NCBI GenBank assembly: GCA_944390445.1
Contig: CALXQB010000004.1
Location: 1,848-33,847 of the forward strand
DNA length: 32,000 bases
Direction: 5' to 3'
Source of the DNA: an uncultured Clostridia bacterium
GTDB taxonomy: Bacteria; Bacillota; Clostridia; TANB77; CAG-508
Made by a program: the position numbers and the translations under genes. This document shows positions 19,405 through 26,556 of the stretch, one piece after another (positions within the stretch are counted from its first letter, which is position 1; every line of letters starts with the position of its first letter). Under the pieces are notes generated by a model. It did no database searches and had not been told where the DNA came from. It saw only the letters and a program-made list of their open reading frames with translations.

Positions 19405-19450
19405 AGAGCAATTCATATATGAATTGCTCTAAATTCAATTGAATTTAGAG
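19405..19450. repeat. Two overlapping perfect palindromes sharing CTCT
   Basis: agagcaattcatatatgaattgctct (19405-19430) and ctctaaattcaattgaatttagag (19427-19450). Confidence 0.8.
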
Positions 19451-19481
19451 ACCAAGCGAAGGTAGGAAGGAGTTTTAAGAC

Positions 19482-20837
19482 ATGAAGAAGACATTCGTTT
19501 TGCGGACAGAGGCAACTTTAGCATCAACGAACCCGACCTTGAGGTTTGGAAATGACAATACCATTGTTATTCCTATGGCGATTCTGCAGAATCTCTACCG
19601 GTACCAAGGACTGCCTGAGAAGCAACGATTAGCTGCTAAATTTATTGAGTACATTGACCAGATTCCGGAGAAGGAATTGCTTTCTGAGATAGGATATCGT
19701 CAACAAAATGGGAGCTATTTGAGAATAGTGGATAACAACCCATTGAATGAGGAAGTTGAGAGCATGGTGGACTTTTCCCGATTAGACAAGCGAGTATACC
19801 AAGTGTGCTTGGACTTGAAGAAAACAGGACATCCCAATGTTATCTTAATTTCCAAAAACCCAACCATCAGATTAAAGGCAAGACAACTCGGAATTGAAGC
19901 ACAGATGTTCAAAGATGAGATTTTCCCATCTCCCAAAGACCAATATAAGGGGTTTGTGGAAATATCGATGTCTCAGACGTCACTCGATAAGATGTGCCAA
20001 AATGGTGAGATACCAATTAAGGAGGTTTACCAATATGGAATGTATAGTTGGATGGAGAATGAATTCTTAAATATTACGACTGAGGCAAGTCATGGAATAG
20101 GGAGGTATACCAATGGAAAAATACTTCCATTGAAATACTCTAGGAAATTGCCTAATGGCTATCGGGCATTGAATGCAGAACAAACAATGCTTTGGGAATG
20201 CTTACTGGCACCGCCGGAAATTGCACCACTTGTTGTGGTAAAAGGAGCGGCCGGAACTGGTAAAACTTATTGCTCAATTGCCATGGCGCTGGAAAGATTA
20301 AGGAATTATTCAAATCCTGAAGTATATGATCAAATTTTAGTGGCATCTCCAACAGTTACGGTAAGCAATGAGAAGATTGGCTATCTTCCAGGAGACATTG
20401 ATGAGAAGGTAGGACCTTATTTAGGTGGAATAATGGACAACCTTAAGGCAATCTTTCGAGAACAGGCTCCAGAAGAAGATAATTCCAAGCTGAAAGATCG
20501 TGCACAGGAGCTCTTCGAACGAGGACTTATTGAAATCCAACCAATTGGCTTTTTACGAGGCAGAACAATACCCAATACTGTGTTTATCATCGATGAAACA
20601 CAGAACATCAAACCAAGTGACATACAAGACATTGTCACAAGAGCTGCCAAAGGTTCCAAGTTCATTTTCTTAGGGGATCCAGATCAAATTAATAATCCAG
20701 AGCTGAACTCTAGGTATAATGGTTTGGTCTATCTTTCTGAAAAAATGAAAGGAAATGCCTTGTGTTGGCAGGTTACCCTAAATAGTGAAAAATCTATTAG
20801 GGGTGATTTGGCACAAGCAGCACTTAACATCTTATAA
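19482..20837 (+). CDS. PhoH-like ATPase with degenerate N-terminal PIN-like domain (YlaK-type)
   Basis: Walker A GAAGTGKT, PhoH motifs IDETQN and LGDPDQ. The N-terminus reads VLRTEAT and ILQNLY where canonical PIN domains have acidic residues. It is visibly GC-richer than its neighbours. Confidence 0.85.
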   Translation: MKKTFVLRTEATLASTNPTLRFGNDNTIVIPMAILQNLYRYQGLPEKQRLAAKFIEYIDQIPEKELLSEIGYRQQNGSYLRIVDNNPLNEEVESMVDFSRLDKRVYQVCLDLKKTGHPNVILISKNPTIRLKARQLGIEAQMFKDEIFPSPKDQYKGFVEISMSQTSLDKMCQNGEIPIKEVYQYGMYSWMENEFLNITTEASHGIGRYTNGKILPLKYSRKLPNGYRALNAEQTMLWECLLAPPEIAPLVVVKGAAGTGKTYCSIAMALERLRNYSNPEVYDQILVASPTVTVSNEKIGYLPGDIDEKVGPYLGGIMDNLKAIFREQAPEEDNSKLKDRAQELFERGLIEIQPIGFLRGRTIPNTVFIIDETQNIKPSDIQDIVTRAAKGSKFIFLGDPDQINNPELNSRYNGLVYLSEKMKGNALCWQVTLNSEKSIRGDLAQAALNIL

Positions 20838-20851
20838 CACTTCCTTCAAAC

Positions 20852-20878
20852 TCAGGCTGTGGTATTACCACAGCCTGA
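20852..20878 (+). terminator. Hairpin terminator after the phoH-like gene
   Basis: tcaggctgtgg/ccacagcctga stem. The T tail is weak. Confidence 0.5.
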
Positions 20879-20960
20879 TAACTTTTCCTTTATAGGGAAT
20901 TGCATTTCCTATTATTGAATAGAAAACAATATAAAGTGAAAATAAAATATAAGAGATTTT

Positions 20961-21085
20961 ATCCCACTCATGAACTTATATTTTTCCATAAAACTCTCAA
21001 GGTTCAAGGGGTAATCCGGCAGCGGAAGGCTGTTCGAGCTTTTATTTCAAAATATAAGTTCATGAGTGGGATATACGAAACTTTT
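20961..21085 (+). ncRNA. Conserved structured element, copy 2
   Basis: A perfect 24-bp outer stem (20961-20984 / 21049-21072) has a different sequence from copy 1 but encloses the same core, followed by ctttttatttt. Confidence 0.5.
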
Positions 21086-21225
21086 TATTTTCAAAAGAAA
21101 AATCACTTTACTTATTCAACCCCAAAATAATATTACACAGAAATATTTGTCACATTTTGTCTAAAAAAACATACAATATAATAGAGAATAAAAGTTCTCA
21201 AAATTTTAAAGAAAAGGTGATAAAT

Positions 21226-21648
21226 ATGGAATTAGACAAGAAAACATGTCCTATTATAGATGTAGACGGATTTATAGAGAAAGGAAAACAATTTGACTTA
21301 GACATTATATTACCAGAAGATGACAGAAATGTTATTTATGGAGTAGTAAAGGATTGCCATCAAGAGCCTATAAGTGATGCTGTAGTAAAACTAATTGAAG
21401 TATGTAAAGAATATGGAAAAGAAGAAAGAAAACCAGTATCACACACATTTACAGATAAAGATGGACAATTTGTATTTGGACCACTTTGCCCAGATAAATT
21501 CTATGAAGTAGAAATTTGGGTAAATAGAGTAAAACACTTTAAAGTATGTGCAGTTTGTAAACACGAAGAAAAATGCTTAAAAGGAGTAGACATGGACTGC
21601 TGTGACTTTAAAGAACCATGTAAAGATGAAAAAAATTGTGAAAAGTAG
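21226..21648 (+). CDS. Hypothetical protein: prealbumin/carboxypeptidase-regulatory-like domain plus Cys-rich tail
   Basis: IYGVVKD....PISDAVVKL......DKDGQFVFGPL is a typical CarboxypepD_reg-like pattern. The tail is VCAVCKHEEKC...CCDFKEPCKDEKNC. I chose the ATG at 21226 for its AAGGTGA RBS; the ORF opens at 21157. Confidence 0.6.
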   Translation: MELDKKTCPIIDVDGFIEKGKQFDLDIILPEDDRNVIYGVVKDCHQEPISDAVVKLIEVCKEYGKEERKPVSHTFTDKDGQFVFGPLCPDKFYEVEIWVNRVKHFKVCAVCKHEEKCLKGVDMDCCDFKEPCKDEKNCEK

Positions 21649-21667
21649 GAATTATTGATAAAAATTT

Positions 21668-21697
21668 GTAGGGGCTCGTCTTGACGAGCCCTTTTAT
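21668..21697 (+). terminator. GTAG-headed REP-like palindrome acting as terminator
   Basis: gtag + gggctcgtcttgacgagccc + ttttatt. The sequence is identical to the element at 13019-13042. Confidence 0.6.
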
Positions 21698-21891
21698 TAT
21701 TCTCTGTCCCCACTGACACTTCTTATGAAATTAAATGATTTAGATAAAAATAAATTTTAGAAAAAATACTTAACAAATGTTTTAAAATATATCGTACAAT
21801 AATATCATAAATATTATAACAATATCCGAAAAAAACAATAAAAAATACAAATATGTTATTATGAGTAAATATTACAAAGAAAGTGATAGTT

Positions 21892-22242
21892 ATGGAATTT
21901 GAAAAATCAAAGCTAATAGAATTAAAAGAAAAATTTGATTCTATTATCAATATGGAAGAAAAAGACAATATAGAATTTTGGTATGCAAGAGATTTGCAGA
22001 CTCAATTAGGATATAAAAGATGGGAAAACTTTTTTGAAACAATAAAAAAAGCAATGCAATCTTGTGAAAATACTAGTATACCTGTAGAAAATCATTTTCG
22101 TGAGGTCACGAAAATGATAAATTTAGCAAAAGGTGCAAGGAGACCAATACAAGACTATATGCTTACAAGATATGCTTGTTATTTAATAGCTCAAAATGGA
22201 GATTCTAAAAAAGAGGAAATCGCATTTGCTCAAACATATTAG
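21892..22242 (+). pseudogene. Truncated DinD-like (DNA-damage-inducible protein D family) N-terminal fragment
   Basis: EFWYARDLQ..LGY..W.NF, RYACYLIAQNGD and IAFAQTY match my memory of the DinD family. The ORF stops where full-length members continue. Confidence 0.5.
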
Positions 22243-22373
22243 CTAATAGCGATAAACTACCCAGTAGGAAAAGCAGAAAAATAATTGCAAAAAGAAAGAG
22301 AATATGATACACTACCTAAGAATAGAATAAAAAGAAAAACAAATACTATACAAAAAAGAAAGGTGGAAGTTAT

Positions 22374-22673
22374 ATGAAAATAACAAGTCAAAATTTTGAA
22401 AAAGAGGTTTTACAATCAGATAAACCAGTTATTGTAGATTTTTATGCAACATGGTGTGGACCATGCAAAATGTTAGCACCAATTATGGAAGAAATTGAAC
22501 AAGAAAATACAAACATAAAAGTATGTAAAATTGATATTGATGAAGATAGCAATTTAGCAGCTCAATATAATATTATGAGTGTACCAACATTAATTGCCAT
22601 TAAAAATGGACAGATAGTAAATACTTTAGTAGGTTTAAGAGACAAACAAGAAATATTAGATATGTTAAAATAA
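22374..22673 (+). CDS. trxA: Thioredoxin
   Basis: WCGPCK active site, 99 aa, good RBS. Confidence 0.95.
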   Translation: MKITSQNFEKEVLQSDKPVIVDFYATWCGPCKMLAPIMEEIEQENTNIKVCKIDIDEDSNLAAQYNIMSVPTLIAIKNGQIVNTLVGLRDKQEILDMLK

Positions 22674-22694
22674 TAAATACCTAATGGAACTGAG

Positions 22695-22787
22695 AGAGGT
22701 GACAGAGATTTTGACAGCATTTCAAACATATATAATTTCAGATTTTTATAAAATTATTGAAATACTGTCAAAATCTCTGTCACCTCT
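22695..22787. repeat. Long inverted repeat (23-bp perfect arms, ~47-nt spacer)
   Basis: agaggtgacagagattttgacag ... ctgtcaaaatctctgtcacctct. The inner atttcaa/ttgaaat extends the pairing. Confidence 0.85.
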
Positions 22788-22821
22788 GTGAGTAATTATT
22801 CACAATTCATCAAAGATATGT

Positions 22822-22848
22822 GTAGGGTGTCGGCGCCATCGCCGACCC
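22822..22848 (+). repeat. GTAG-headed REP-like palindrome
   Basis: gtag + ggtgtcggcgccatcgccgaccc, preceded by the aattattcac.attcat motif seen in the leader modules. Confidence 0.65.
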
Positions 22849-22877
22849 GGGAAAAACCTATACAATGGCACGTAAAA

Positions 22878-22906
22878 TTGCAATTTACATAAAAATGTAG
22901 TATAAT
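22878..22906 (+). promoter_or_regulatory. Promoter of small hydrophobic ORF
   Basis: TTGCAA, 17-nt spacer, TATAAT. Confidence 0.55.
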
Positions 22907-22938
22907 AAAAGTGTATAAATATTATAGGAGGTGTTACT

Positions 22939-23082
22939 TTGAAAACTTGGCAGAAGATAATTGTCTGGACGGTAATAATTCTTGCAGCTATCTTGCTTGC
23001 AGAGTTCACAAGCCGGTTGCTTGTGCTAATTGGAGACCTTTTGATCTTCCTGAAGCAGGGCCTGATTGGACTGTTTCAGTGA
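22939..23082 (+). CDS. Small hydrophobic protein (47 aa, TTG start): (M)KTWQKIIVWTVIILAAILLAEFTSRLLVLIGDLLIFLKQGLIGLFQ
   Basis: AGGAGG RBS 7 nt upstream of the TTG, with its own promoter and terminator. It is GC-richer than its surroundings. The 72-aa ORF listed in the track is in a different frame of the same region and has no RBS. Confidence 0.45.
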   Translation: MKTWQKIIVWTVIILAAILLAEFTSRLLVLIGDLLIFLKQGLIGLFQ

Positions 23083-23092
23083 GCATCTCAAG

Positions 23093-23127
23093 CCCCGGAA
23101 CGAGTAATTGTTCTGGGGATTTCTTTT
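23093..23127 (+). terminator. Terminator between the convergent sORF and ylbJ
   Basis: ccccggaac/gttctgggg stem with a G-U pair that works only on the + strand, followed by atttctttt. Confidence 0.6.
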
Positions 23128-24298
23128 AGTTTTTTTCTTTCCCACTTTGTGATTTTAATAATTTCTTTAACAAAATACAACTTAAAACAAGTAATCCTAG
23201 CAAAATAAAATAACTAGAATCTATGGAATTTTCACGGGCAGTAATATGATTAAATACTGGTGTAATATCTAAATTAAAAAAAGAAAAATGATGTAAGATA
23301 AAAGAAGTATACATAGCTGCCAAAATACCTTGTAATAACTTTCCGAAAAAATAGGGCTTAATAGAAAGTCTTGCTTTTGCAGTAATACTTAACACTTGAA
23401 GTAATACAGATATCCCACCAAAACCAAGAAGAAAGCTACAAATTACCATATTAACAGAAATCATTTTATTCGGAATACTAGCTACTTGTTTTACACCATT
23501 GGTTAATTCCAGAAATCCTGTTAAAATACCAGAAGAATAGGAAGTATTTTCACATAGAGGTTTTAGTAGATGAGTAAAGAAATCTAAAAGATGGCTTTCC
23601 TTGAACATAGAAATAATAACAGAGAAAATAACGACAAAACCACCAATCATAACAATGATATTGACAGAATTCATGATACTAGCGGCTAAAACTTCTCCTA
23701 AATTAGACAAACACACTTTATTGGTATCAGCTTTTTTGTTGATAGGAGAAAAACCGGTACTTTTTTGCCTAAATTTCCAAAAACGAAAAAGAATTCCTAC
23801 ACTAATACAAGCTAAGATGTGAGTCATAAAAAGCAGGAAACCAGTTCTTACATCTCCAAAAAAAGTGATTCCCACGGTACCAATAATAAACAAAGGACCA
23901 GAATTATTTGTAAAGGCAAGTAATCTTTCTGCTTCTTCTTGAGAACAAATTCCTTTTTCTTTTAAATTAGCAGCGATCTTAGCTCCCATTGGGTAACCAC
24001 TAATAATCCCCATAATAAATGCAAAGCTACCTTCTCCAGGTACATTAAAAATAGGTCTCATAATTTTGGAGAAAAATTTACCAAGGATACTTGGAATATT
24101 TGTATAGGATAAAAGATGGGTGGCAATAAAAAATGGGAGTAGGGAAGGAACAACAGAATTTGCCCACAGAGAAAGCCCATCCTTTGCAGCAGTAATATTA
24201 CTTCTTGAGAAAAAAACAAGACATATGGTAAATAAACAAAATAAAAAAGGTAAAAAATGCTTTCTCAAATTTAAGAAAAAAAATAAACTCTTTTTCAC
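23126..24298 (-). CDS. ylbJ: Sporulation integral membrane protein YlbJ (nucleoside-recognition-domain family)
   Basis: Polytopic membrane protein with the DGL.LW...VPSLLPFF N-terminal pattern. GTG start with an AGGTGA RBS. Confidence 0.8.
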   Translation of the reverse strand: MKKSLFFFLNLRKHFLPFLFCLFTICLVFFSRSNITAAKDGLSLWANSVVPSLLPFFIATHLLSYTNIPSILGKFFSKIMRPIFNVPGEGSFAFIMGIISGYPMGAKIAANLKEKGICSQEEAERLLAFTNNSGPLFIIGTVGITFFGDVRTGFLLFMTHILACISVGILFRFWKFRQKSTGFSPINKKADTNKVCLSNLGEVLAASIMNSVNIIVMIGGFVVIFSVIISMFKESHLLDFFTHLLKPLCENTSYSSGILTGFLELTNGVKQVASIPNKMISVNMVICSFLLGFGGISVLLQVLSITAKARLSIKPYFFGKLLQGILAAMYTSFILHHFSFFNLDITPVFNHITARENSIDSSYFILLGLLVLSCILLKKLLKSQSGKEKN

Positions 24299-24342
24299 TT
24301 TAAAATCACCTAATTTATTATATGAGGAAGAAATCTTTCATA

Positions 24343-24402
24343 TGAACATGGAGATATTCCTTAAAGTTCAAAGCAATTATGCTCAGAGTGTTAAAAAATT
24401 AT
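24343..24402 (+). repeat. ~60-nt direct repeat R1 (tgaacatgg.gа-type: ...attccttaaagttcaaag..attatg...agtg)
   Basis: Related copies lie at 26262-26321 and 26407-26467. Confidence 0.7.
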
Positions 24403-24422
24403 AGAAAAGGAGCTAATTTTTG

Positions 24423-24451
24423 TTGACGGAAATATTATGTAATGATAAAAT
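24423..24451 (+). promoter_or_regulatory. Possible promoter of leader module C
   Basis: TTGACG, 17-nt spacer, TAAAAT. Confidence 0.35.
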
Positions 24452-24541
24452 AAAAATATACTAAATTAATATTTGATAACTAATTTGTAAAACGAAATTT
24501 TTATTATAAAGAAATAACCTAACAAAAGGGAGGAACAAGAA

Positions 24542-24604
24542 ATGAACAAAAGCGGAAAACGTTGGGAGAGTAACACACACACACACACACACGATATAAT
24601 TTAA
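24542..24604 (+). CDS. sORF C: MNKSGKRWESN(TH)3DII
   Basis: GGGAGG RBS, with (AC)10 at 24573-24592. It keeps the same frame and the same C-terminus as sORFs A and B. Confidence 0.5.
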   Translation: MNKSGKRWESNTHTHTHDII

Positions 24605-24625
24605 TAAAAAAGGAAATAAATCGGA

Positions 24626-24675
24626 ACTATCCATTTCGAGTGTAATTATTATGCTCGAGATGGGTAGTCTTTTTA
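24626..24675 (+). terminator. Intrinsic terminator after sORF C
   Basis: Stem identical to those of modules A and B, followed by cttttta. Confidence 0.7.
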
Positions 24676-24777
24676 TGTTTAATGAATAATGAAGAATGAA
24701 TAATACATAAAAATATATTTTGCACGAAAATTATTCATTATTAATTATTCACTATTCATTATTCATTAAAAATATAT

Positions 24778-24853
24778 GTAGGGTGTCGGCGCCCACGCCG
24801 ACCCATGCTACGAAGAAATTTCTTAAAATGTAGGGGCTGGTCTTGACCAGCCC
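24778..24853 (+). repeat. REP-like cluster C: two GTAG-headed palindromes
   Basis: Elements 24778-24804 and 24830-24853, joined by the linker atgctacgaagaaatttcttaaaat. Confidence 0.7.
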
Positions 24854-24937
24854 AGAGAGAAAGAACCGCCCAAATGAGACAGTTTTGTCTCAAACGGAAG
24901 CGTCCCAAATGGGACAGAAACGGAGGAAAAAGGAAAG

Positions 24938-26251
24938 ATGAAAAAACAAAAAAGAAGAAAAGAAAAAGGAATCACCCTAGTGGCATTAGTGGTAACCATA
25001 ATTGTGCTAATTATCTTAGCAGGAGTTACCTTAAATATTGTATTAGACCAAAATGGAATTATCAATAAAGCACAACAGGCGACAGAAGATTATGATACTG
25101 CGCAAAGAGAAGAACAAGAATTATTAGGAGTAGTAGAAGACTATATAGAATATGCAGGAAAAACAGCACCAATACCAGGAGGATATACAGTATCCCAAAT
25201 AACAACAGAAGATGATGTGGCAGAAGGATTAGTTATATATGAAATACCAGAAGGAGCAACAGTAGATTGGGAAAATCAAACAATCACTATAGAGGGAAGC
25301 ACAACAAATTTGCAACAAACAGTAGACCAATATGTATGGATACCAGTAGATGATATCAATAGTATGGTAATGTGTAAAAGTAATAGTGGAGATAGTGTAT
25401 GTAATTTAGTATATGATAAAAGTACAAACACATTAACATGCACAAATCCAGACCATTTGGATACTGCAACAGAATTAGTAGGAAGATTATATACAAGTTC
25501 ATTTGTAAATACAGGCAATAACATTTATTCCGAGACTATGGACTTTACAAAAAGGGACCAGACATACGAAGATGATAGTGGCTTACGTGAACCAGATGAT
25601 TTAACAGCTACTGATGCGGGAGATGCAAGTTCAAGGGGTATAGCGGCAATAAAAGAGATACTAGGAAATGATACTGCAAGTACATATGATGAAATAAAAG
25701 ATGAATGGAATAATTTACTAAAAGAAGATTTTAGAAAAATGGCAACCAGTGTCGCAAAAAATGGAGGATTTTATATCAGCAGATATGAAGTAGGAGCAAA
25801 TGGAGGAAGTAAAAAAGGACAACAGGTTCTGACAGAAGGTAGTGGTAATGAAGGAAATTCTTTAGGGGCAAATATGTGGTATGGATTGTTTAATATATTA
25901 AGAGATATTAACAATAACCAACAAATGATATGGGGATGTCAATATGATCAAGTTATCAAATTCATAGGAGAAGAAGCACAAATAGGGCATAGTGATAGAA
26001 ATTTAACAACAAGTGCAGCTTTAACTGGACAAAACGAATTAGATAAAATGAAAAATATCTATGACCTTGAAGGAAATTGTTATGAAGTTACATCAGAAGC
26101 AGAGGTTACAAGAACACGACTTGTACGAGGAGGTGGTTTCGATATTATATCAGGAGGATTCTTTCCGGCTAGTGTTCGTTTAGTGATGTTAGCTAACCCA
26201 CCAGTTGCTTCGAACCTCAACATAACCACTTCACGTTCTACACTTTATTGA
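24938..26251 (+). CDS. Pilin-like-N-terminus / FGE(SUMF1)-like domain protein, paralog C
   Basis: The first ~110 aa are nearly identical to paralog B. It has FYISRYEVG, IWGCQYDQV, IYDLEGNCYEV, RLVRGGGF and a terminal TSRSTLY. Confidence 0.85.
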   Translation: MKKQKRRKEKGITLVALVVTIIVLIILAGVTLNIVLDQNGIINKAQQATEDYDTAQREEQELLGVVEDYIEYAGKTAPIPGGYTVSQITTEDDVAEGLVIYEIPEGATVDWENQTITIEGSTTNLQQTVDQYVWIPVDDINSMVMCKSNSGDSVCNLVYDKSTNTLTCTNPDHLDTATELVGRLYTSSFVNTGNNIYSETMDFTKRDQTYEDDSGLREPDDLTATDAGDASSRGIAAIKEILGNDTASTYDEIKDEWNNLLKEDFRKMATSVAKNGGFYISRYEVGANGGSKKGQQVLTEGSGNEGNSLGANMWYGLFNILRDINNNQQMIWGCQYDQVIKFIGEEAQIGHSDRNLTTSAALTGQNELDKMKNIYDLEGNCYEVTSEAEVTRTRLVRGGGFDIISGGFFPASVRLVMLANPPVASNLNITTSRSTLY

Positions 26252-26261
26252 TAATGAACAT

Positions 26262-26321
26262 TGAACATGTGGGACATTCCTTAAAGTCCAAAGTAATTAT
26301 GTTAAAAGTGCTCAAATAACT
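26262..26321 (+). repeat. Direct repeat R2
   Basis: tgaacatgtgggacattccttaaagtccaaagtaattatgttaaaagtgctcaaataact. Confidence 0.7.
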
Positions 26322-26356
26322 ACAATGAATGGATTAACTTTTGCTGAAAAATTGGA

Positions 26357-26406
26357 ACTATCTATTTTGAGTGTAATTATTATACTCGAGATGGATAGTT
26401 TTTTTG
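26357..26406 (+). terminator. Diverged fourth copy of the module terminator (no sORF upstream), likely terminator of paralog C
   Basis: actatctattttgag/ctcgagatggatagt with U-G wobbles valid only on the + strand, followed by a T7 run. Confidence 0.65.
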
Positions 26407-26467
26407 TTGAATACAGGAGACATTCCTTAAAGTTCAAAGCGATTATGTTCATAGTGTTCAAATAATT
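26407..26467 (+). repeat. Direct repeat R3
   Basis: ttgaatacaggagacattccttaaagttcaaagcgattatgttcatagtgttcaaataatt. Confidence 0.7.
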
Positions 26468-26556
26468 AAGAAAAGAGAAGCCATTTAACTAGACAAATTT
26501 GTGAAAAAATGATATGATAAAAAAGTTAAAATTGAATATAGAAAGGACTTTGTCGT

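Noticed and set aside
20900-21130. 76-aa ORF
   Set aside because: It is a translation of the structured element and its AT-rich flanks. It has no RBS, and its similarity to the lepA leader (VRAF.SKY) reflects nucleotide conservation.
22911-23129. 72-aa plus-strand ORF
   Set aside because: It has no RBS. The overlapping TTG-initiated frame (22939..23082) has an AGGAGG RBS, a coherent hydrophobic product and ends before the terminator.
24120-24404. 94-aa plus-strand ORF, together with other short antisense ORFs listed in the track (e.g. 1467..1796, 6992..7294, 8905..9114, 19026..19355, 20417..20665, 29510..29698)
   Set aside because: They lie entirely antisense to, or overlap, well-supported genes. 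They lack RBSs and have low-complexity composition typical of shadow ORFs in AT-rich DNA.
24938-26251. Diversity-generating retroelement targeting the FGE/C-type-lectin-like C-termini
   Set aside because: There is no reverse transcriptase ORF and no template-repeat copy of the 3' ends anywhere in the window. It cannot be excluded for elements located elsewhere in the genome.
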